DNA from: Candidatus Sericytochromatia bacterium
GTDB taxonomy: Bacteria > Cyanobacteriota > Sericytochromatia > S15B-MN24 > UBA4093
Direction: 5' to 3'
Length of the DNA: 64,000 nt
Assembly (NCBI GenBank): GCA_036676985.1
Contig: JAKFBU010000030.1
Span: forward strand, 7,166 to 71,165
The notes beneath the pieces were generated by a model that was given only the letters and a program-made list of their open reading frames with translations, had not been told where the DNA came from and did not search any database. This document shows positions 57,487 to 64,000 of the stretch, piece after piece. Made by a program: the position numbers and the translations under genes. Within the stretch, counting starts at the first letter, position 1, and the number at the start of each line of letters is the position of its first letter.

Positions 57487-58322
57487 GGCTCACGCTCGCC
57501 CTGACCGCGCTGGCCATCCTCTGGCCCGGTACGGTCTGGGCCCGAGAAGCCGTCCGGTACCGGGCGCGCGTGCTGCCGACGGCCACGGTCCATGTCCTGG
57601 AAGTACCGCCGGGGCACGAGATCCGGCCCATGCTGGCCCCGGCCCGGCGCACGGTCCGCGCCTGGGTCCGGGAGCAAGGGGCCGTCGCGGGCCTCAACGG
57701 CGGCTACTTCAACCATCAGGACGGGGTCAGCGCCTCCTACGTCACCATCGACGGCGGCCTCCGCTCGGATCCGCACGACAACGACCTGCTGGTCAACAAC
57801 CCCAAGCTAAAGCCCTACCTGGGGCGAATCTTCCATCGCACGGAGCTCCGGGTGCTCGCGGGGCCGAGCGGCACATGCTGGCGGCTCGCTCCCCATGCCG
57901 AGCCCCTGCCCGCGGGCTATCGGCTGATGCACGCCCTGCAGGCGGGTCCGCGCCTGCTGCCGACCCTGCGACTGGAGCAAGAGGGCTTTGTCGCCTACGG
58001 CCGACGCGACGCCCAGGGTCGGCGGCCGCTCGTGCGGGACGGCATCGCCGCCTATGGGCGGGCCGCGCGCAGCGCCCTCGGCCTGAGGCCGGACGGCACC
58101 ATGCTGCTCGTCGCGGCCCTCGGGCCCGAAGGCGGCGGGTTGACGCTGCCGGAGCTGCGGGACCTGCTCGCCTCCGAGGGCTGCTCGGAGGCCCTGAACC
58201 TGGACGGGGGCAGCTCGACGTCACTGGTGGTCCGAGACGGCGATCGCCTCAACGAATACGCCCCGCCGAAGGGCGGGGCGAAGGTGCGATCGGTGCTCTT
58301 GATCCTACCGCTTCGGCGGTAG
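57483..58322 (+). CDS. Phosphodiester glycosidase family protein (DUF2233/NAGPA-like), secreted
   Basis: The GTG start overlaps the gpmI stop (GTGA). Signal peptide VRLTLALTALAILWPGTVWA. NGGYF and ALNLDGGSSTSLV motifs. Only the 3' 840 nt of ORF 56067..58322 is used. Confidence 0.75.
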   Translation: MRLTLALTALAILWPGTVWAREAVRYRARVLPTATVHVLEVPPGHEIRPMLAPARRTVRAWVREQGAVAGLNGGYFNHQDGVSASYVTIDGGLRSDPHDNDLLVNNPKLKPYLGRIFHRTELRVLAGPSGTCWRLAPHAEPLPAGYRLMHALQAGPRLLPTLRLEQEGFVAYGRRDAQGRRPLVRDGIAAYGRAARSALGLRPDGTMLLVAALGPEGGGLTLPELRDLLASEGCSEALNLDGGSSTSLVVRDGDRLNEYAPPKGGAKVRSVLLILPLRR

Positions 58323-58649
58323 GGCCTTGCCGAGGGGCTTGCCGCCCCGGAGGATGCGAACCATCAGGGGGACGTCGGTCGCATAGACGGCGGGCATGGA
58401 CTTGGCATCGTGGTGCGAGACGCAGCGGCGATGGGCCATGAAGTCCTTCGAGATCCCCTTGGCCAGCAGGACGCTGGGACGGGTCGGCTGGCGGTTGGTC
58501 GGATCCACGAACACCGCGCACTCCTGACAGACCAGCTGCTCGCAGAGCACGCAGGCCTCCTCGAGGCTGGCCATGCCGCACCGGCACGCCGCCAGATCCT
58601 CTTTCGGCAGAAAGACGATGGAGGGGCGGTGCGAGGTCGTGAAGCGCAT
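58305..58649 (-). CDS. Cys-rich hypothetical protein (possible zinc-binding)
   Basis: 114 aa with high third-position GC consistent with coding. CRCG...CVLCEQLVCQEC cluster. AAAGGAA RBS. No family recognised. Confidence 0.45.
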   Translation of the reverse strand: MRFTTSHRPSIVFLPKEDLAACRCGMASLEEACVLCEQLVCQECAVFVDPTNRQPTRPSVLLAKGISKDFMAHRRCVSHHDAKSMPAVYATDVPLMVRILRGGKPLGKALPPKR

Positions 58650-59047
58650 GGCGTCAGTTCCTTTCTAGGGAGCTGTCAGGTGCCTGAACCCATCAACCCT
58701 GGGTTGCTCCGGTTGTACCATTGACCTAACGAGTAGACAGCGGTGATCTGGACAAAGTTCGTTGCACAGCCCCCGGTGAGGCGCGCAGCATGACCCTTCC
58801 AGCCGACTACGTCACGAGGATGGGGCGCCAATCATATCAACGATAGCAAACATTTACCCATGCTTGCAAGAGTTTATTAACGTTTGCTATCCCGGGAGAT
58901 AACACTGATTTATCCGCTGGTCGGGGAGCGAACTTGCGTGCTCCGGAGCGTCTGTAACGCGCGTCACGCCTCCGGTTAAAAGATCGCAAACTTTGGGAAT
59001 TAAGGAGCCAAGGGTTCCGTCTCCACGCGATCGAGGAGGTAACGACC

Positions 59048-59245
59048 ATGTTGCCCAGTTCCTACGAAGCCGAGATCCGGGTGCGCGTCAAGCTGGACGC
59101 CAACAACGAGGCCGAGGCCCAGGAGATCCTGGCCCGCCACATCCACCGCATGGTCAAGTACCGCGAAGCCGAGACCACCGAGGTCTTCCCGATCGGCATC
59201 CGCGAGCTGACGCTCACGACCACGCCCGACGAGAGTTTGCACTAG
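59048..59245 (+). CDS. Small hypothetical protein (65 aa)
   Basis: Strong GAGGAGG RBS 8 nt upstream of the ATG, followed by a hairpin plus T-run. No recognisable family. Confidence 0.5.
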   Translation: MLPSSYEAEIRVRVKLDANNEAEAQEILARHIHRMVKYREAETTEVFPIGIRELTLTTTPDESLH

Positions 59246-59267
59246 GCGCCTCTTAGGGCGCCTTTTT
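59245..59267 (+). terminator. Hairpin + T5 after the 65-aa ORF, overlapping the fliR 3' end
   Basis: GGCGCC (59245-59250), loop TCTTAG, GGCGCC (59257-59262), TTTTT (59263-59267). The right arm encodes the last fliR codons on the other strand. Confidence 0.55.
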
Positions 59268-60074
59268 GATGTCCTGGCGCTGGGACAGCACCACGCGCTG
59301 CACGTCGGTGATCATCTGCTCCGAGTAGTGGTGCACGGCGGCGACGATGTTCGGGATCATGAGGCTCACGATCAAGAGCCCCACGCCCGGCTTGATGGTC
59401 TGCACGAAGTCCAGCAGGTTCTGCGCCTGTGGCGTGGTGCGCTGGATGACGCCGAGGGTCACGTCGATGAGCAGGACCACGATGACGGCCGGCATGGCGA
59501 GCTGCAGGACGATGCCCAGCAGCGCCCCTGTCACCTGCAGCATGACCCCCCAGAGGGCGGGCGTGACGCGGAAGCCGCCCACCGGCACCAGCTCGTAGGA
59601 CTGGAAGAAGCCCCCCAGGAACAGCAGGTGCCCTCCCATCAGGATGAAGACCGTGAGGGCCATGTAGTAGAAGATCTGCCCGGTCGGCGTCGAGTTGGTG
59701 CGGATCATGGGGTTCATGGTGGAGATCATCGTGAGGCCGATGGCCTGCGCCACGAAGTCGCCCGCCCCCTGGATGGCGAAGTGGATGATCGAGGCCGCGA
59801 AGCCGATCGCCATGCCGAAGAACAGCTCGGAGATCAGCACGATCGTGAAGGCCAAGAAGTGGCTCGGCGCCGGTACCATGTCGGGCTGGCTCGCGACGTA
59901 GACGAGCGCCAGGGAGAAGGCCAGCCCCACGCGCCCCATGGCCGGGATCACGCGGCTTCCGAAGATCGGCGCCTGCAGGCAGAGGCCGACGCAGCGAGCG
60001 AGGATCAGCAGGAAGCCGGGGGTGAGGAGCGCCAACCAGTTGGCAAATTGAATGAGCCCCTGGTCGCCCCGCAT
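59253..60074 (-). CDS. fliR: Flagellar biosynthetic protein FliR
   Basis: 273 aa polytopic membrane protein. N-terminal LLILARCVGLCLQAPIFGSRVIP is typical of FliR. It follows fliQ with a 1-nt spacer. Confidence 0.88.
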   Translation of the reverse strand: MRGDQGLIQFANWLALLTPGFLLILARCVGLCLQAPIFGSRVIPAMGRVGLAFSLALVYVASQPDMVPAPSHFLAFTIVLISELFFGMAIGFAASIIHFAIQGAGDFVAQAIGLTMISTMNPMIRTNSTPTGQIFYYMALTVFILMGGHLLFLGGFFQSYELVPVGGFRVTPALWGVMLQVTGALLGIVLQLAMPAVIVVLLIDVTLGVIQRTTPQAQNLLDFVQTIKPGVGLLIVSLMIPNIVAAVHHYSEQMITDVQRVVLSQRQDIKKAP

Positions 60075-60075
60075 G

Positions 60076-60348
60076 CTACCGCACCAACATCTGAGGGATG
60101 CTCGACCACAGGCTCGTGAGGAAGCCCGTCATGGTCGAGAGCAGCCACGGCCCGAGCAGGATGAGGACGCCGAACACGGCGACCGCCTTCGGGACGAAGG
60201 ACAGCGTCTGCTCCTGGATGGACGTGATGGTCTGCAGCAAGGCCACCGTGAACCCGACCACCAGGCTCGTGATGAGCACCGGCCCCGAGAGCAGGAGCAC
60301 CATGATGACGGCCTGGGTGAGGACGTGCAGGACGGTCGTGTCGGACAT
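60076..60348 (-). CDS. fliQ: Flagellar biosynthetic protein FliQ
   Basis: 90 aa. ALLQTITSIQEQTLSFVPK motif and two TM helices. Confidence 0.92.
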   Translation of the reverse strand: MSDTTVLHVLTQAVIMVLLLSGPVLITSLVVGFTVALLQTITSIQEQTLSFVPKAVAVFGVLILLGPWLLSTMTGFLTSLWSSIPQMLVR

Positions 60349-60351
60349 GGC

Positions 60352-61539
60352 TTACTTGAAGCTCTGGACCAACGCTGACATCACCAGATGCCAGCCGTTG
60401 GCGAGCGTGAAGACCAGGAGCTTGAACGCGTTCGAGATCATCTGGGGTGGCAAGGAGCTCATACCCAGTGCCAACAGGACGTTCGAGACCACCAGGTCGA
60501 TGACGATGAACGGGATGTAGATGATGAAGCCGATCTTGAAGGCTGTTGTCAGCTCGCTGACCATGAAGGCCGGGATGACGACGTGCAGGGGCACGTCGGC
60601 CGCGGTGTTCGGCGCGGGCGTCCGCGAGAGGCGCACGAAGAACGCGAGCTCCTGCTGGGCCGTCTGGCGGATCATGAACTCCTTGAGGGGCGCCTGGGCC
60701 CGGTCCATCATGACCTGCTGGGAGACCTGCCGGGCGAAGTAGGGCTGCAGGGCCGACTTGTCGATGGACTCCCACACGGGCGCCATGGTGTACATGGAGA
60801 GGAACAGGGCGAGGCCCAGCATCACCGGGTTGGGCGGGATGCTCTGGGTGCCCAGAGCCTGGCGCAGGAAGCCCAGGACGATGATCGTCCGCATGAAGGA
60901 CGTCGTCATGATGACCAGGAACGGCAGCACCGTGAGCGACGCCAAGAGGAAGATGAGGCCGACCGAGGTGGTCATGTTGGGCGCGTTCAGGGGCTCGCGC
61001 AGGTCGAAGGACGTGAAGGGGTTAGCGGGCATCCCCTGGGCTGCGGCGGGCAGCGCGAACAGGGCGCCCATGGCAACGGCCATGAGCCCGAGACCCAGGG
61101 CCTGACGCCACCAGGGGCGCTTGCCCTCGTGCGGCTCGGCGCTTTCGACCATCTGCGCGAAGTCGGGCGCCGCGTCCTCCGCCGAGAGCTCGGCGATGGA
61201 CTGGAAGCTTGCGTCGGTCATGCCCACCAGGAAGTTACGCTGGCCCACGTTCACGACCATGAGCGCGCGCTTGTGGTCGATGTTCAGGCGATCGAGCACC
61301 TTGATGCCCTTGGATCGCGCGCTGAAGCCGGGGATCTGGCCGTTGCGCGTCAGCCGCAGGGCGACGTAGCCGAGGCCGAGCATCAGGAGCGTGACGATGA
61401 GGAGCTGGATCATGTAGGGCCCGATGCCGAGGTCCGCCGAGGGCAGGGCCTGCGGGGCGGCGAGGCTCGAGGTCGCGAGCGCCTCCTGAAAGGACGAGGT
61501 CGCCGTGAGCAGCGACATGCTGGTGGTGCTGGTGTCCAT
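60352..61539 (-). CDS. fliP: FliO-like domain and FliP in one uninterrupted reading frame (apparent FliO-FliP fusion)
   Basis: The N-terminal ~130 aa have a single TM helix (YMIQLLIVTLLMLGLGYVALRL) plus IKVLDRLNIDHKRALMVVNVGQRNFLVGMTDASFQSIAEL, which looks like FliO. Then comes a signal-like helix, and FliP (VIMTTSFMRTIIVLGFLRQALGTQSIPPNPVMLGLALFLSMYTMAPV). There is no stop between them. The internal ATG at 61152 (MVESAE) has no SD sequence within 20 nt. Confidence 0.85.
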   Translation of the reverse strand: MDTSTTSMSLLTATSSFQEALATSSLAAPQALPSADLGIGPYMIQLLIVTLLMLGLGYVALRLTRNGQIPGFSARSKGIKVLDRLNIDHKRALMVVNVGQRNFLVGMTDASFQSIAELSAEDAAPDFAQMVESAEPHEGKRPWWRQALGLGLMAVAMGALFALPAAAQGMPANPFTSFDLREPLNAPNMTTSVGLIFLLASLTVLPFLVIMTTSFMRTIIVLGFLRQALGTQSIPPNPVMLGLALFLSMYTMAPVWESIDKSALQPYFARQVSQQVMMDRAQAPLKEFMIRQTAQQELAFFVRLSRTPAPNTAADVPLHVVIPAFMVSELTTAFKIGFIIYIPFIVIDLVVSNVLLALGMSSLPPQMISNAFKLLVFTLANGWHLVMSALVQSFK

Positions 61540-61541
61540 CG

Positions 61542-61883
61542 TTACCCCATCGTGCTCGACAGCTCGCTCTGGAAGATCTTGGTGATCTTGATGCCAAAGT
61601 TGGAGCCGATCACAACCACTTCGCCCTGGGCGACGATCTTGCCCGCGGCGATCACGTTGACGGGCTCGCCCGCGAGCTGGTCGAGCTCGATGACAGAGCC
61701 TTCCATCATCTGCATGACCTGCTTGAGCGGCAGGCTGGTGCGTCCCAGCTCCACCGAGACCTGCAGGCGGATGTCGCGCAGGAGGTCGAGGCTGCCTCGG
61801 ACGTTGGTGTCCCCGAAGCCTCCGCCCGTCAAGGGGCCGAACTTGACGGCGTTGTAGCCTTGGCGTTGGTCTTGCCAGTCCAT
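61542..61883 (-). CDS. fliN: Flagellar motor switch protein FliN
   Basis: 113 aa. SpoA domain IRLQVSVELGRTSLPLKQVMQMMEGSVIELDQLAGEPVNVIAAGKIVAQGEVVVIGSNFGIKITKI. Confidence 0.9.
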   Translation of the reverse strand: MDWQDQRQGYNAVKFGPLTGGGFGDTNVRGSLDLLRDIRLQVSVELGRTSLPLKQVMQMMEGSVIELDQLAGEPVNVIAAGKIVAQGEVVVIGSNFGIKITKIFQSELSSTMG

Positions 61884-61889
61884 GCGACC

Positions 61890-63275
61890 TTACCTCCCGA
61901 GGTTCTGCGTGGCGTCCGCGCTGAGGCGGAGTACCTTGATGGCCTTGTGGTCCTCGATCATGACGGCCCGACCCTTGCCGACGGGCTTCCCGTTGATGCA
62001 CAGCGTGACGCTGTTGTCCTTGGGACGCGGCAGCTCGAGGATGGAGCCCTCGGCCATGGTCAGCCATTCGGTCAGGGGCAACTCCGTGCTGCCGAGCTGC
62101 GCGCTGACCTGGACGTAGACGTTGGAGAGCTGCCCCATGGCGCTGTCGAAGGAGACGTCGAAGTCCGGCCGCCGCGCCGAGATGACGTTCGCCACCGCGG
62201 GCTCCTGGTCCGGTTCGTCCGAGTGGTCCTCCTGGACGGCAGCGGCGAGGGTGCTCGCCGGCTCGACCGGATCCAGGAAGCCCAGCTGGCGCGCGAGGTC
62301 GTTCAGCTGATTCTGGAAGCTCTGGGCGATCTGCTCGGTCTCATGGCCGATGGACGCGAAGTCGAACTCGGGCTCGGGCGTCTTGGGCAGCTCGGGGATC
62401 TTGATCTTCATGTCGGGTTCGCGCTCTTCGGGGCGCGGATCCGAGAAGCTGACCGTGAAGTCGGCCTTGCCGAGGAAGAGCGTCGAGAAGGCCACGAGCC
62501 AGCCCGCGGTGGAGACGGCGTTGGTGAAGGCGAGGTTCGGGTCGGCGACCACGCCGAGTGCTGTCAGCATGGCCTGCAGCGAGGGCGCCACCGAGGCTGC
62601 GCCCGCGAAGAGCTTGTGCGCGACCCAGATGCCCGCCGCCCCGAACCAGAAGCCGAGACTCATGCCGTAGAAGTAGCCGATGGTCATGCGCCAGAAGGCC
62701 CAGCCCGAGCTGCCGCCGAAGGGCTCCTGACGAGGGTCGAAGGCCTCCTGGCGCAGGGCGGCGAAGCCGAAGCCGGCGATCGCGAACACCACCGCGTACC
62801 CGAGCGCTCCCCACAGGGATCCGCCGAGGAAGTTCGCCTGCAAGAGGAAGTCCGAGACCTTGGGCAGCTGGTCGAGGTTCACCTCGATGGGCGTGCCCAG
62901 GAGCATCCGCGCCACCACCCGCAGCCAGCGCGCGGGGCTCTCCATGCCGTTCGGCGAGAGCATCAGGGAGTAGCCCGCCCCCGAGCCCCACAGGTTCACG
63001 AGCGTGAAGGGCAGGATCAAGGCCGCCACCACGGCGCCGCGCCAGTAGGGCATCGGCTTGATGACGACCTTGGGGATCGAGGAGCGGCAGAAGAAGTGGT
63101 AGCCCACGCTCACGGCGAAGCTCAACAGGCCGAAGGCCGCGAACACGAGCAGGACCGGGCTCAGGCCCGTCCCCGACCGGAGGGCGAAGATGAGGAACAT
63201 GAGCAAGGGAGCGATCCCCAGCCAGAGGGGGATCGCCTGGGGGCGCAGGAGCTTGGCGCGTTCCTTGGCGGTCAC
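61890..63275 (-). CDS. Polytopic membrane protein with C-terminal FliN/SpoA (SctQ-type) domain
   Basis: 461 aa. aa ~15-290 have about 7 hydrophobic helices (for example IPLWLGIAPLLMFLIFAL, VLLVFAAFGLLSFAVSVGYHFF, LWGALGYAVVFAIAGFGFAAL). An acidic linker follows. aa 383-461 (nt 61893-62129) read VYVQVSAQLGSTELPLTEWLTMAEGSILELPRPKDNSVTLCINGKPVGKGRAVMIEDHKAIKVLRL, which is SpoA-like. It is located between fliM and fliN. Confidence 0.8.
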   Translation of the reverse strand: MTAKERAKLLRPQAIPLWLGIAPLLMFLIFALRSGTGLSPVLLVFAAFGLLSFAVSVGYHFFCRSSIPKVVIKPMPYWRGAVVAALILPFTLVNLWGSGAGYSLMLSPNGMESPARWLRVVARMLLGTPIEVNLDQLPKVSDFLLQANFLGGSLWGALGYAVVFAIAGFGFAALRQEAFDPRQEPFGGSSGWAFWRMTIGYFYGMSLGFWFGAAGIWVAHKLFAGAASVAPSLQAMLTALGVVADPNLAFTNAVSTAGWLVAFSTLFLGKADFTVSFSDPRPEEREPDMKIKIPELPKTPEPEFDFASIGHETEQIAQSFQNQLNDLARQLGFLDPVEPASTLAAAVQEDHSDEPDQEPAVANVISARRPDFDVSFDSAMGQLSNVYVQVSAQLGSTELPLTEWLTMAEGSILELPRPKDNSVTLCINGKPVGKGRAVMIEDHKAIKVLRLSADATQNLGR

Positions 63276-63285
63276 GGCTCCCCCC

Positions 63286-64000
63286 TCAATCCGCGCCCAG
63301 GCGGACGATCTGGACCGCCTTGCGCAGGCCGTCGGCGCTGGTGCCGGGCTTGGCGAGGATGCGCGCGCCGCCGCCCAGCTGGACCATGAGCGGATCGGTG
63401 ACGCCCTGCTCGAGGACGATCACGTCCTCCTCCTCGAGGCCCTGCAGCTCCGCGACGGTCATGGTGGTGGCGCCCAGGTAGGCGACGACCTGGGTCGGCG
63501 TGTCGCCCAGGTGGTGGAGCCGGGCGTCGATGTCCTCGCCGCCCGTCTGGACGAAGGTGTTCTCGGCGGCGACCCGCAGGCTGTCGGAGTAGGGCACCAG
63601 GTAGGGCTGCGGGATCGCGAACATGAGCCGGCCCATGGGCTGGGAGGGGACGCTCACGCGGTAGGTGATGGCGGCCATGGGCGTGTTGGTGGCGAGGCCC
63701 ATGAAGATCTCCTGGAGCTCGCCCAGGTCGGGCATCTCCGGGAAGGTGCCGTGCTGGTTGTCGGCCTCGCTGAAGATGTCGGCCCACTGTTCGGTGAAGG
63801 TCTCGCTCATGCGGCGGACCACCTCGTCGGCCATGTCCAGGTGCTCGTCGCCGAACCGGCGGTTGGCGGCCACTCCCGTCAGGCTCTTGGCTGTCCCGTG
63901 ATCGAGGAGGACGAACATGCCTCCGGGCTGCTCGGTGAACTGCAGGATGCCCCACAGCGCGCCCTGGCCGTACTTCTCCTGCAGGGTGGCGAAGGGGACG
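63286..64000 (-). CDS. fliM: Flagellar motor switch protein FliM (partial; 5' end beyond the right window edge)
   Basis: C-terminal SpoA-like VVAYLGATTMTVAELQGLEEEDVIVLEQGVTDPLMVQLGGGARILAKPG. The frame stays open upstream of the track Met (hand translation VPFATLQEKYGQGALWGILQFTEQPGGMFVLLDHG...) as far as position 64000. Confidence 0.85.
   Translation of the reverse strand, partial: VPFATLQEKYGQGALWGILQFTEQPGGMFVLLDHGTAKSLTGVAANRRFGDEHLDMADEVVRRMSETFTEQWADIFSEADNQHGTFPEMPDLGELQEIFMGLATNTPMAAITYRVSVPSQPMGRLMFAIPQPYLVPYSDSLRVAAENTFVQTGGEDIDARLHHLGDTPTQVVAYLGATTMTVAELQGLEEEDVIVLEQGVTDPLMVQLGGGARILAKPGTSADGLRKAVQIVRLGAD

Noticed and set aside
58650-59047. Searched for sigma-28 (TAAA-N15-GCCGATAA) or sigma-54 (TGGCAC-N5-TTGC) promoters near the flagellar genes
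   Set aside because: The best candidates matched only about half of the consensus positions, which is not reportable.

Overview
High-GC, densely coding bacterial chromosomal segment from a flagellated diderm (a TonB-dependent receptor and fli genes are present). I could not resolve the taxon from sequence alone. I support about 50 protein-coding genes. I found no rRNA, tRNA, CRISPR array, transposase or integrase.

Layout:
- 0-31 kb: housekeeping and accessory genes. These are an M13 peptidase, YaiI, two orphan sensor kinases, glnS, a DodA/YqjG pair, a TetR+GH13 unit with matching palindromic operators, a Tam-like methyltransferase, NUDIX, thioesterase, acyl-CoA ligase, ALDH, sfsA, TspO, a secreted nuclease, exbB-exbD-tonB-TBDT, an unusual EF-hand/PTPP/5x45-aa repeat protein, Mpg, recG and rsmD.
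- 31.5-45.6 kb: a single-strand block of giant Ser/Thr kinase (STK-NTPase-TPR-GAF), FAAL, ACP and a one-module type I PKS (KS-AT-DH-KR-ACP-R). Two paralogous STAS genes flank it, and a decayed Sfp-type PPTase relic lies next to it.
- 45.9-52 kb: a partner-switching cassette with no sigma factor. It holds STAS, an RsbW-like kinase with a C-terminal extension, a YcgR-like PilZ protein, a PP2C-GAF-GAF-SpoIIE double phosphatase and a GAF-GAF-GGDEF (GGEEL) cyclase.
- 52.7-58.3 kb: gap-pgk-tpiA-gpmI plus a DUF2233 protein.
- 59.2-64 kb: fliM-(membrane-anchored SpoA protein)-fliN-fliO/fliP (one reading frame)-fliQ-fliR.

The most interesting candidates are the membrane-anchored SpoA-domain protein inside the C-ring gene set, the partner-switch/c-di-GMP cassette with its double phosphatase, and the kinase-headed FAAL-PKS-R lipid cassette with its dead PPTase.

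Many long ORFs in the track are antisense or out-of-frame GC artefacts and were rejected. All family assignments come from motif recognition by eye. No database search was run.
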